A DNA stretch of 64,000 bases from Lama glama (lineage: Eukaryota), in contig CM052816.1 of NCBI GenBank assembly GCA_028534125.1, positions 98,830,001-98,894,000 of the forward strand, in the 5' to 3' direction. Each line of letters starts with the position of its first letter. Position 1 is the first letter of the stretch. Made by a program: the position numbers and the translations under genes. Shown here in pieces: positions 11,935 to 23,395 of this stretch. The notes under the pieces were generated by a model that was not told the DNA's origin, ran no database searches, and saw only the letters and a program-made list of their open reading frames with translations.

Positions 11935-12040
11935 TTGTGTCCAGACTCGTGGGCGATGGTGAAAGCCAGTCCAAGACCTGTATCTTCATTAATCGTGCAG
12001 CTGCGATATTTACTACACATTCCACTTATGGGCGCGAAGC
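11935..12040 (-). CDS. ADAMTS16: ADAMTS16 exon 8 ([34 protein letters not shown]), first half of zinc-binding motif
   Basis: Not in the ORF track; read by hand. Acceptor tcctgcag|GC, donor AA|gtaagt; 106 nt, phase 1 to 2. Confidence 0.96.
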
Positions 12041-13520
12041 CTGCAGGACACAGAGACCCAGAGAACACACAGGAGCAGGGTTGCAGTAACATAAAGAAGG
12101 AGGGCACATCGTATGGGTGCCTTTTCCTCTGTCCTTTAGAGAAATCTGTCTCCCATCTTTGTCAGGTGAGATATGAATCAGGAAACCCTTGGACATTCAT
12201 ATAAACGGCCCTTAATAATGTGGGACGAGGAGGGGGCTTGTCCTTTCTCTGTGAAAACCAGTCCACGGCTCTATGTGGCTTTCAAGTCACAGGTCACAAC
12301 TGGGGTGACGTTGAAAAGGGGATTCCCTACAGATGGAGGAAAATTTCTGTCTTTTTCTATAAACATCTATGTTCTCAAAACCCCCCAAAAAAGTTTTGTA
12401 GAGAACGAGTGTGTCAGGAGGTCCCCAAGGCTGCCCCGGATGGAGGATTTGTTCACAGGACTCACATGTGTCATACTGGTGGGTGTAACTTACTATGAAT
12501 AAAAGGACACAGAGAAAAACCTGCGGAGGGCACAGCCCATGGGGGAAGCCGGGGGAACCAGGTGCGGGCGTCCGGGCAGACGCACAGTGGGGACCTAACT
12601 GCCCCGACAGGCGGACGCGCTGCCCAACAGGGATGCTCGTCACAGACACAGGCTTGGGCTGGGAGCTGGCCACACAGCAGCCCTCGCCTGGCACGGCCCC
12701 AAAGCCCGGCTCCCAGGAGGACAGTGGTGTTCCACGGAAGCCGCGGCCTGCATACAGAGCAGGCCAGCGAGCCGCGCCTGCCAGGCGGGGCGGTGGGAAC
12801 CCTCGCGTCCTAAGTTCTCAGAAGCCCGCAGGGCCAGCCTTGTGAGCCGGCCTTTCTGAGAGCAAGCAGCCAGGACTCACCCCTATGAAACTGAGTCCTA
12901 CCTGGAAGTTTCTGTAAGAAAGACCTTTCTTCCCTGAGCTTTTGGGAAGAAACAGGGAGTTAGAAACAGGTCCAAGAGAGCTTTGGCCAGTGGCACCCCG
13001 GGCTTGACACTATTTGGAAAAGTATAAAAAACTTTCATTATGTTGTATTTATTATATTATATTTATACTATAGTTATTATAGTGTAAAATGCCACCAAGA
13101 TACGCTGAGCACTGGGAACGTGTTACAAACTGCTAAGATGAGATATTCGCGAGCAGTGGGAATCGAGGACAACAGCATCGCGGTCATGCGCCTGCAGTCG
13201 TCATCGATGTGCTGTTTCTTTCATGTAATGAGACACCCTTGAAGCTACTGACACATCCCCACAACTGGAAGAAGAAATGGAAGGAAGTCTTTCTTCAATT
13301 AGATGTGACAGGAGCTCCTGAACCTGTGAGAAACTGTTTCCTAGGAAATAACTGATTTTGGTGAATACACACATCCTTTCACATCTGGCCAAAGTTCACA
13401 GAGGGAACGAGTCTATTTCTCATGACCGCCCGTGGCAGCGGCCACCACTTGCGGATTCGGGGTGAGGGCGCAACTGCAAAACCACCCAGGCCCCAGCCCG
13501 GCGCACGTGGAGGGCCTCAC

Positions 13521-13680
13521 CCAGAGTGTCGCAGGGCTCATCCTTCCAGGAGCATATATCCAGGCCGGTCAGCAGGATGGCGTGGTCGTGGCGTGCTCCG
13601 TCCTTCCCCACCAACCCCGACTGCCACTGGCAGAAGCTGCTTAAGGTGTGGTCTGCGTGGTGGCTTATCACGAGCCCTGG
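13521..13680 (-). CDS. ADAMTS16: ADAMTS16 exon 7 (PGLVISHHADHTLSSFCQWQ...CSWKDEPCDTLG)
   Basis: Acceptor tcctggtag|CCA, donor G|gtgagg; 160 nt. Confidence 0.96.
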
Positions 13681-15843
13681 CTACCAGGACAGACCGAGGG
13701 AACAGAAGAAAACATATCATCATTCAGTCGTTACTTGCAGACTGGCACTCACTTGGATTTCAAATACACAGGTGGATCTGAACGGCGTCTAAACTAATGT
13801 ACCCGTTTAAATAGTAACATCCAAAGGAGGGTGTGATATATGAAACCTGTATGGATTCAGTGTAGACAGTCATTTCTCTAATTCCATACAACATACAGGT
13901 GGGATGTACTTGCTGACTCTGAACACATTTCAAGGACCCAAGAACAATGACTTCTATGCCTGGCATTTTTGCGTGCAAAATCTTTATGAGACAATTTGCA
14001 AAACCATATAGGGCAACAGAGTCACTTATAGGAGATTTTGCACATACACAGAAACACACCTGGATAGTGTTTATTTCATAACCAAGTTGGATGAGATTTC
14101 AAATTTGTAATTCTTCTAATAGTATCACAGAGTTAAATGAAGTCACTTTCCTTGAGAGGCACCATGTTTCTGAGAAAAGGCAGCTCAACCCACAAAGCTT
14201 TGTTTCTAGAAAATTGGCTGGAACTAGAAGGAAACTATAGAGACAACATTCGACCTTATCCACGGGCACCAAGTTCTAACAGATCAGCCGTGAGAGAGCA
14301 GAGTGAAGGCTGCCTGAGCTCCCGGGAGATGAAGAATCTGAGGGTGGCAGGAACGTCTCCCAGAGCTGCCAGATGAGTTCTTTAAACCCGATTTAGAGCT
14401 GTGCTATATTTTTCTCTGGATGGTCAGAGAAAACCAGGTTAAATACCTTGATTTCAGGGCAACCAACTGTTTAAAGCTTTCATGATCAGAGGGCTGTGTT
14501 GAAATTTTGTCTCTTAGTCACTGAATATGTTTTCTCCTTAAATGTTTATTTTGTCTTTCCAGAGAGTCAAATGCACCTAAGCTGAATGCTGTGCATCGAC
14601 CCTGGGACATGCCTCACATTCTTCTGCTAGTGATTTCCAGGAAAACTGCATTCATTAAAGTGAACACAGGTGTACGATCAAACGATAACCTTGCTTATTC
14701 TCTGCAGCTTGGGTGAATGCCAAGGTGAAAGGTTTTAATACAAAGAATAATTAACCTGTCACCTGAGCAGCCCTGCTGGTTCAGCACTCCCTCCCCAGGC
14801 ACACGCTCACGAAAAGACAATGGAGTTGTAGCTCCCTGATTATTTGGGCTAGAAACAGGCCTGCCCACGAGGGCCCCACCCTGCACTGAGAAGGGTAGCA
14901 CCCCAGCATGTGAAAGTCTGAAGACACCTTCAATCTGATGAATGACCTTAGATTTCATCTAAAAAAGTATTTGTTTTATAAACAAGACAGTGGTGGCTAA
15001 CAGGAGACCCTGCCACGACGTCAGCAAGGGGGTACAGGAGGCATGGCGCCTGCCTCGGATCCAGGCTTCACTCCCTGTGTCCGGTCAGCCATCAGTCTGG
15101 GGCAAAACAGAAGGGAGAGCCCTTTCTGGCTAAGATGCCCCCTTACTAATGCTGCAAAGTGTTCCCATGAGTCCTCACTGTGACCTGAGGTGCCCCTCGG
15201 TTCATCCGCATAGAGGTTCCGGAATGGAGGCAAGACAAGAGTCTTTTCCCCACTGCTACCAAGATCCAGCATAGTTTGGAGTCTTGTGCACAATGAGAGA
15301 AATATGCTGGACATCTTAGAATCTCTATGGAAATAAAATCCTGAGACTGCAGGTGGTGAGGGTCTCTCGGATCGGTCTCAGCAGGTGGGAGGTCACAGAG
15401 CACAGCAGTGCAGTGTCACAGTGTGATTTGACTTCTGGGTGGCAGGACATTTTCAGTCTTCTAACAAGACACCAAGGGGCCCACTCCACCTCCATCCTAA
15501 ATCCTCCCAGGGGCTGAAGGCATGTTTTTACACTTTCCATTTGTAGTGTGTTTCCCACTCAGATATTTAAAGTAACTCCTTTATTCCATTTTCTAATAAG
15601 CCAATCAAGTGAGTATTTCTTACTACTCCTGCATGAACATCCCCCAAAATATCAAATAATCATCAAAGGAACTAACAAGAAACTCACTGTGTTAGACACA
15701 AAATATTAAAACATTTTTGTCCCCAAGGGAAAGAGAAGTAAAGGATCCATAGAACAATTATATTCAGTAAAACAGAGCATTATTTTGCATTTATTTTTCC
15801 CGGAAAAAAAAAAAAAGCGCCGCTGGTTTCAAGGGGAGAATAC

Positions 15844-15927
15844 CTGTTCTTCTTCTAGAAGAATCAGACCTACGACCGCGATATTGATGTTTCCTCCGAT
15901 CGTTCCATCTTTGAACAAAGCAGACAC
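15844..15927 (-). CDS. ADAMTS16: ADAMTS16 exon 6 (VSALFKDGTIGGNINIAVVGLILLEEEQ)
   Basis: Acceptor tttttcag|GTG, donor CAG|gtattc; 84 nt, phase 0 to 0. Confidence 0.96.
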
Positions 15928-17269
15928 CTGAAAAAGAGAGTCCGCGTCAGTCCCTGGATGAGGTCCCCTATCCCCGCAGCGCTCGGCCCGGAGTCCACGG
16001 CTGAAGGCCAATCCCGTGTTCCTCAGTGACGTGGCAACGTTGCTTCTTACGCTGCTACACAGACAAGTGTGTGACTCTCTAACAGCCAATTCCATCAACT
16101 GTTGGATCCTTGTCACTGGTGCCTGGAAGTACAGTACTGAAGTTTAGGGAGGAAGGCTCCACTCCTTATCAAGTATCAGTGAAGAGCTTACATGGGAAGT
16201 GTCACTGGAATAGAAGGAGGTTTCTTTGTTTGTCTCATATCGATAATACACAAGCGCGCAGTACCCAAGCTCTCCTAGCAAAAGATTCCAGAAGCATAAG
16301 AGACGTTTTGGGACAAGACCAAGAGGAGACAAGAAAGAGCAGGAAAACAACATGGAAAGAAGGTGACCAAGGCTAGGAGCAGACGTTAGAGATGACAGTC
16401 ACGGTGGCAGTGAGTGATCACAGTGGCATCCGGGGTGATGAGCGAGGCCAGGCCGACAGTGGAGGGAAGTGATGGGGAGTGACCCGACACCAGGGTGCAG
16501 AGCTACTGAGAAAGCTCTGCAGAACAGGGGCGATCCTTGCACAAGGTGGAGACGTGCGCTGGTGGCCGCCTCCGTGGGACCGTCTCCCTTGGGGTCCTGA
16601 GAGATTGATCATAAACCACGAGGGTCCAGCCGCCGAAAACGATGCCAGCCATACCAGCCCTGCCGAGTCAGGGAAAAGAAACACATCCAGGGGCACTCCG
16701 TTTATCGAGGGGGAATGTAAAACATGTTTAAAATATTGTCATCACATGTATTTTTAGAAACACACTTTGGTGGCCCAAGATTTTGTCCTCCATTGTGTAG
16801 ATTTCACTTAGGCGAAAAGGGGCTTGGGTACCCCTCGTCTCTATTCAGTAATTATCACAGGTGCTGAATAGAGACACGGCCACTTTTCACCTGCACTGAT
16901 ATTCTGAAGGGTGTCCTGTTTCTTGTTCTTGTAGATAAAACAATGTACATTCAATATTTGAACATTAATATTCCTAAAATGGTGGGTATTTCTATACAGC
17001 CACCTAAAATCACACATAATGCTGCCACGCAGGTTTCTGCACCCAAACGTCTCAGCGTCCTCGCACAGATTTCCAGTGAATGAAGACGTCGGTAAACTCG
17101 AAATATGTTACCAGGTTACAGACAGGGTCAAATTGTCCGTCCTCCTAATTTTATTCTCTGAAGGTCTGAAAATGGCTTTTCTGATTGGAGGATAGTAAAA
17201 GGGGTTGTCACAGATAAAATACTTCTTGTGTTCGAGACACAAATCCACAGAGAGAGTAGATGTAAAGCA

Positions 17270-17488
17270 CGCGCACGCTCCCTGAGGGCGGAGTCCCGCA
17301 CGCGACCTCCACGCGCACGCTCCGCACGGGCGGGGCTCCGCACGGGGCCTCCACACGGACGCTCCGCACGCTCCCCGAGGGCGGAGCTCCGCACGTAACC
17401 TCCACACGCACGCTCCCCGAGGGCGGAGTCCCGCACGCGACCTCCACGCGCACGCTCCGCACGGGCGGAGCTCCGCACGGGGTCTCCA
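17270..17488. repeat. 42-bp GC/CpG-rich minisatellite, ~5 units, just downstream of the exon 5 donor
   Basis: Unit cgcgcacgctccc(t/c)gagggcggagtcccgcacgcgacctcca and variants; translates on minus as 14-aa WRxRAxLRPxGACA repeats. Confidence 0.92.
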
Positions 17489-17506
17489 CGAGAAGGCGGC
17501 CCCTAC

Positions 17507-17706
17507 CATGTTGAGTATGGTCAGGACGTAGGTGGTGATGTTTTCGTGGCCGTGGTTTTGCATCATCTTTCTGTCAACCACCACCAGCGTCTCCACGTTC
17601 AGCTCTTGGTGCCGGTGGGACTTGAGGAGGGAGCGCCTGTGCCTGAAGCCGGCCCCGTACTCGTCGGGCAGGGTGAAGAGGTCGTCCTCGGGAGGCCTGG
17701 GCATGT
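17507..17706 (-). CDS. ADAMTS16: ADAMTS16 exon 5, furin site RHRR and start of catalytic domain
   Basis: Acceptor ctccgcag|AC, donor ATG|gtaggg; 200 nt; encodes YMPRPPEDD...RHRRSLL...TILNM. Confidence 0.96.
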
Positions 17707-17807
17707 CTGCGGAGGGAGGTTGGAAGAGGAAATGAAAGGCAAAGCTGCCGCGCAAACCCGGCGGTGGAACTCGTGATACAGCAGTTGGATTTAAAACTTT
17801 ATGAAAC

Positions 17808-18310
17808 TGTCGACTGACATGAAATGCACGACCTGAAAGTCGAGAGTTGCGTTTTACCCCGCGGACGTTTCTGAGGACTCGAGTCTGGATGACAGCCTCC
17901 CAGGTCACTCTGAGGGACTGCTCTGAAGAGGCAGGGAGGGGACAGGATATGTAGGAGCTTTTACAACAGAGACGGTAGTTGGGACATCAAAAGATTACTC
18001 TTAATTAAAGGAAGCCAGACATCTCAAGTTAAGGAATTCAGCGCTTCCCTATGTATGGAGGGTACAAAGTTCTGGGCTCATTGAAGTCATTCCTTTGATG
18101 AGCACCTAGCTATCCAGGGCCAGTCTCCTGTTCTTTCCCATCCTGAGTCCCCTCAGGGGCACTGTTGTAGGGGCTGCAGAGGCCGGGCAACCTGCTGGTC
18201 TCCATCCCGAGTTCCCTCGGCTCACTGTCACGGGTGGTGATAGCGGCTGATGACTTGGTGGCCGCGCTTCCTTTGTTTACTGATACAGCTAGAAATATTT
18301 TTCACTTACA
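17808..18310 (-). mobile_element. Solo ERV1 LTR, MER41-like
   Basis: TG...CA termini, ~500 bp, 4-bp flanks aaac/atac; reverse-complement homolog of 19342-19846. Family name from recall of the bovine MER41-type consensus. Confidence 0.85.
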
Positions 18311-19341
18311 ATACGAACCATAAAATCCCTTTAAACTGTGATGCAAATCTTACGTTAAAGTGGAACACTAAATTTAAATAAAGTTTGCATAGTCTAGATG
18401 TCATGGAATTCACGGTTGTGTGAACCTTTGTATAAATTTGTCCTGATTGAAAACAGAAAGAGGGCCCCTTTGGCTCTGAAGTCCTAGCATCTAATAGCAC
18501 AGCACTCAGTGACCGTGAACAGCGGGTCTGTGGAACAGGCCCCTGCAGAAGAGTTACTGGCAAAGCGGCGACACTGACGATTACAAAAAGGAGAGCCATC
18601 TTACACTGTGTTCTAAGTGGAAGCCTTTTAAGACCGAAGAATTTTTAAAGTCGCTTCTCATGTCTGGACGCATAACTGGTTTGTGTGTAGTGTGTCAAGT
18701 GAGTTATAAACTGATCAAGACAGACAACCTCACTGCAGGGCTGGATTTCCTAGAGAGTGTCATAAACGTTTACCTAATGTAGCGCGAAGACAAAACGTCC
18801 TCCGTCCTCCTGGAGTAAACCATTTAAAACGAGATTGGGCATTTAGAGTCAGTGAGTTAACACTGGGTTAGAAAGGACGGTTTAGTGCATGCCTCAGAAA
18901 ATGTGGTTACAATCGTTTCACGTGAAAGTAGACTTTAAAAGACCCGCTAAATATAGCACTAGGTCAAATGCGATGCCAACTCTACTCACGGAACACGCTG
19001 CTGGGAGATGCCGTCCTGGGTGACTGGTACCCAGGCCCTTGGCCTTTTATCACTCTTTGCTAAAATGCTTCCAAACCCAAATGAGCCTTTTGGAGGATAA
19101 CAGTGAAGTTTAACAAGCACTCATCATGCACCGTTTACATCAATGCAATTTCCACAGACGTGGACTCTACCCTAAGAGATGTCTGTGTGTGACTCACTCA
19201 ATCTCTACACCAGCCCTGGGTAGGAGTGAGGCCTTGGAGGTTCAGGACAGAAACACAACTTTCTTGCAGCCTCTACCTAGAAAGCGGATTTCAGATCCGG
19301 CAGTGTGGTCCCAGAGCCCTTAGTCTTAATTCCCTCGGTGC

Positions 19342-19846
19342 TGTGAATGAAACATATTTCCAGCCACATAGTAAACACAGGACGCTGCAGCCTTCAAGTC
19401 ATCAGTCGCTACCGCCACTCCGACAGTGAGCAGAGGGAATTCAGGACGGACACCAGCAGGCAGCCTGGCCTCTGCTGCCACCCCCACGGTTCCCCTTGAG
19501 GGGACTCAGGATGGGAAAGCACAGGACACTGGCCCCAGACAGCTTGATGCACATCAAAGGAGTGATTTCAGTGTGCCCAGACCTTTGCACCTTCCCATAC
19601 ACAGAAAAGTGCTAAATTCTTTAACTTGAGCTATCTGGTTCTCTTTAATTAACAATAATCTTTTGATGTCCCAACTACCTGGTCTTTGTTGTAAAACCTC
19701 CTATATATCCTGGCTCCTCCAGCGCCCGGGGGAGCAGCCTCTTAGAGTGACCTGCAAGGCTGCCTCCTGGGCCCGAGTCCTCAGGAAGTGCACTGAGTAA
19801 AACTTAACTGTCAGCTTTCAGGTTGCGTGTTTTATTTTGGTCGACA
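19342..19846 (+). mobile_element. Solo ERV1 LTR, MER41-like
   Basis: tgtgaatgaaa...ggtcgaca termini, TATA cctatatatcc at ~19701, polyA-like agtaaa, 4-bp flanks gtgc/gtgg. Confidence 0.85.
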
Positions 19847-20907
19847 GTGGAAAAGTGTGTGCAGGGTGAAAGTGAACACGGCAGCCTCCCAGGCCCCCGG
19901 AAGGGACAGGGGCAGGAGCACCAGGGCTGGGGATCTTACTGGCTGGGCCTCCGACAAGCCCCTCAGAGCAAGCCAGACACCCCTCAATAAGGTACTGCAG
20001 CATTTTCCCCAAACTTGCAAGTCCCAGTTCAAAACCCATCTGTGAGTTTAAGCAAATCAACCTGCCTTTGTCTGCCCCTTTCCACAGAGAAATGCCTGAA
20101 CACACAGAAACATCTTCCATCTTCTGAACCAGAAAATAGGGAAGAATCTTTGACAGAAGACCAGGACTTCTCTAGGGAAGTCCAAAGCCTCATAGACAAC
20201 ATGGAAATATCCTGCACAGATAACGGGGGCCTGAGAATTAAACTCTCAGCCGGGAGGTGATGTGGGTCAATTCTGCTAGCACATGTCCCCAGCCACTGGG
20301 TCCAGGGTACAGATCTGCCATGTACCCGGTGGGAGGGGAAAGAGACTATGGCAAGTCAACAGCACCAGACTGACCACCGAAGTTGTCCACCAGCAAGAGG
20401 TATCTTATGACACTTTTCCCCATTTTTCATAATTTTGTTTTATTATGAAAACAATGGTGACATTTTCCCATGTTCTAAACACAAAACTTATTGTTCAATT
20501 TAGCATCTTTTTCAAATAACTGCCTCTCATCAACCAACCCCCACTATCATGATTCTGAAACACTTCTGGAGGCAAATACACCAAACACATGTGCACGTGT
20601 GCCCTGCAGACACAGCTGTGCCCTAGGGCTACTGGCCTGAACGACTCTGGTCACCTCCAGATAGGAATGAAGGAGGGGCCCATTCATTCCAGAATCGTCA
20701 GCACTGCTGGATTTCTCAGGGCCACTAGAGCATTGGCTTCAGGCCCTGGTGTGACCTGTCAAAGAGGACAGCCCTGCCCATCTTTCCTGCCCAGATCCAG
20801 ATGCTTGCTCAACTTTCTGTCCCCAGCACATAGAATCTGTCCCTCTCTGACCACGTCCTCACCAGGAGCTCTGTGAGCACCGTCCTGGCTCGGACCTTCT
20901 CTCTGCC

Positions 20908-21045
20908 TGGCCCCGCCCCTCCCCGGCCCCGCCCCTCAGCCCCGCCCCTCAGCCCCTCCCTGCCCGGCCCGTCCCTTGGCCCCTCTTGCTTGAGTCCCAT
21001 CCCTCCCTCCCCTCCCTGGCTGGCCCCGCCCCTTGCCCCTCCTCC
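20908..21045. repeat. C-rich low-complexity tract with repeated CCCCGCCCC GC boxes
   Basis: Four CCCCGCCCC motifs plus cctccc runs; G-rich on the transcribed-sense (minus) strand. Confidence 0.8.
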
Positions 21046-22118
21046 TGCTTCTCGCTGTCGGAGCTGCGTCAGGGAGCTGGTGCTGGGGGGGTCAGTGTGC
21101 CCTGCTGTGACGCCCACTCAGCCTGTCTCCCTGACCTTCTCAGCCTCCTGTCCCTCTCCTTGCGCTCAACACGGTGCTTCCTGCTGCCGCCCCTAAGACC
21201 CAGCTCATTATCGGGTCAACTTGGGTTGAGTTTTTCAAGTCCGTTTGAATGTAGCCTGAGACTTTTCTTTATTGGACGATATGAGTTTAGATGACACACA
21301 GGTGCTGACAGTTCAACGGAACTTACTCTTTTGTCGCTGATGCCAAGTGATTCCGGGCCATTCTCTCTGCTCTGCAGCATTTACGGGCCCCGCATGTACC
21401 TACCCTTATGTTAGGGTGCTGGGCCCAGCAGCCAACACCAAGCAGCAGAGAAAGATGGGGCTTGGGGAACATGGGCTTCCCAGAGGCTCCTTGGGAAAGT
21501 TTTACCAAATGAAGCAATGCTTACAGCGAAAGCTGAAGGAAGTGAGGAAAAGTCTAGAAAATACTGAACTCCTATTCCTGAGTTTGTGACAGATTCTTAC
21601 CTAAAACGTAAATGTCACATCACTTTCTAAATGTTCAGGACAAAACAAAACAGACTTCAATATAGCCTTGGTGATAAACTGCAGGTGAATTATGTCACGG
21701 GTGCTCTGTCTTCTGACGTGGTGGAGTGAAGTGTGTAAACCTGCACGGGGATAATCACCTCACCAGGAAAAGCGTGTGTGCTTTCATAAATCTAGACCTC
21801 AGAAATATAGAATTACTGGGTAGACGTGCCAGGGTTCTTTTGAAGACATTTGGAGGATTTTGCGCTTCCAAGCACTGTGTCATTTAATTTGCAGGGAACA
21901 GCTCTTAAAAAAAAAATCTACCCATCTGCCATGGAGAGACGTTTTATGCAACGTGCAGGTGATGGACGAGATGTCTCTGGAATCATCGCTCACGTTTAGC
22001 AAAGGCAGTCAATACATTTCAGCGGGAGGGCAGGCTACTTTGAAGAAAATGAGACACTCTACCGGCTTACGTGAATGCCCGAATCGTTACGTGCACAGAA
22101 AGAATCGCCCTTACATAC

Positions 22119-22401
22119 ATTTCTTGCGTCTCCCACAGAAATGCTGCTTCTGGGGGTGCCCGAGGTGGAAGCCGTGGCTCAGGGGCTGGTCCTCGCCGTG
22201 GAAGGGGCGGCGGTTTTCCAGCTCCCACCGCTTCTCCATCCTCACGGCCTGAGGGGCCCCCCGCGCCCGCGGCTCCGTGGATCGCTTGTACAATATGTGC
22301 GAGGCGGGCGCACCCCCGGCCGCGGCGTGCAGTCTCCCAGCCAGGTGCGCAGGCAGCGGCTTCAAGAAGTAATCTGCCTCCTGAGTTCTTATCATGCCTG
22401 A
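22119..22401 (-). CDS. ADAMTS16: ADAMTS16 exon 4, prodomain with cysteine-switch region (SGMIRTQEADYFLKPLP...HFCGRRKK)
   Basis: Acceptor ctctctttgcag|TCA, donor T|gtatgt; 283 nt, phase 0 to 1. Confidence 0.96.
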
Positions 22402-23199
22402 CTGCAAAGAGAGAGAGGGGGAGAGAAACGCGCATCACTGTTGTATTATTTGCTCACAAACATGCTGTTTCCCCCAGTAGCAGCGCACGCTGAAAGGGCA
22501 GCCGTGGGGCTGAGAATCCGGCATCCCGGAGCCCCTTCCATCAGCATCCTTGTCTCCAGAACAGAGAGCGCGCGCAGCATGCTGAGGTCGGTACTTTAAA
22601 CCAAATAACAGAGGAGAAAGCGCACACCCAAACCCTAGGTGTGAACATGGGTGTGCTTTGGTGGGGGACAGTCCCAAATAAAGAGATAAAATTATAATCC
22701 TCACATAGTAACTTGCAAAACTATTCAAACTTAAACATAATGTGACACTTTCTATAAAAGTGCAACTTAACAAAATTAATCCGGAATAAGGCACCAAAGA
22801 ATTTCTTTGGGAATCAGGGAGGTCTTTCTTGGCAAGACATTTGGTAAATAGGGAAGAACTGACTTTATAAAAACACGAAAAATGTCTGTACTGCATAACA
22901 GACAATGAACGTTCAACAATGATAAAAATATCTTAAAGGAATACAAATTAAGAGACTGCTTTTTACATTTTAGGGTGACGGGTACTTTTAAAACTTGCAA
23001 TTCCTCAATACTGATAAATATTTGTGAATATATATTGAATCATTGTGTGTAATTGTATAAAATTCAAGTATAACAAAAAATAAGAAAAGAAATAATTTAA
23101 ATGTGTACCAATTAATTCAGGGTAATTTTTTAAAGTTGTATTTATATATGTGGAGTGTTGCATAACCATTTAAAAAAGGTCAGCTAATTAGGTACTGAT

Positions 23200-23395
23200 G
23201 ATAATCATAATAAAACTTTTTGTGTGTGAGTTCCTAAGACTGTGGTGAGCATTTTCTATGTTACACTTTATTTATCACTCACAGCAGTTCTGTGAGGTGG
23301 GTATCATTACGCGCCTCCTTTAATGGGTGAGGAAAAGAAGGAGGGTGATTAACAGTTTCAAGGTCACCTGAAAAGAAGTATAAGGATTTGAACAA
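23200..23395 (-). mobile_element. MIR SINE
   Basis: cacagcagttctgtgaggtgggtatcatta...gggtgaggaaa...caaggtcac...ggatttgaac. Confidence 0.7.

Noticed and set aside
17270..17488. CRISPR-like array
   Set aside because: Head-to-tail tandem units with no unique spacers and no cas genes, in a mammalian intron.
17808..19846. Single provirus or TIR transposon bounded by the two ~500-bp repeats
   Set aside because: Proviral LTRs are direct repeats; these are inverted, each with its own 4-bp flank pair, and the spacer shows no gag/pol or transposase.
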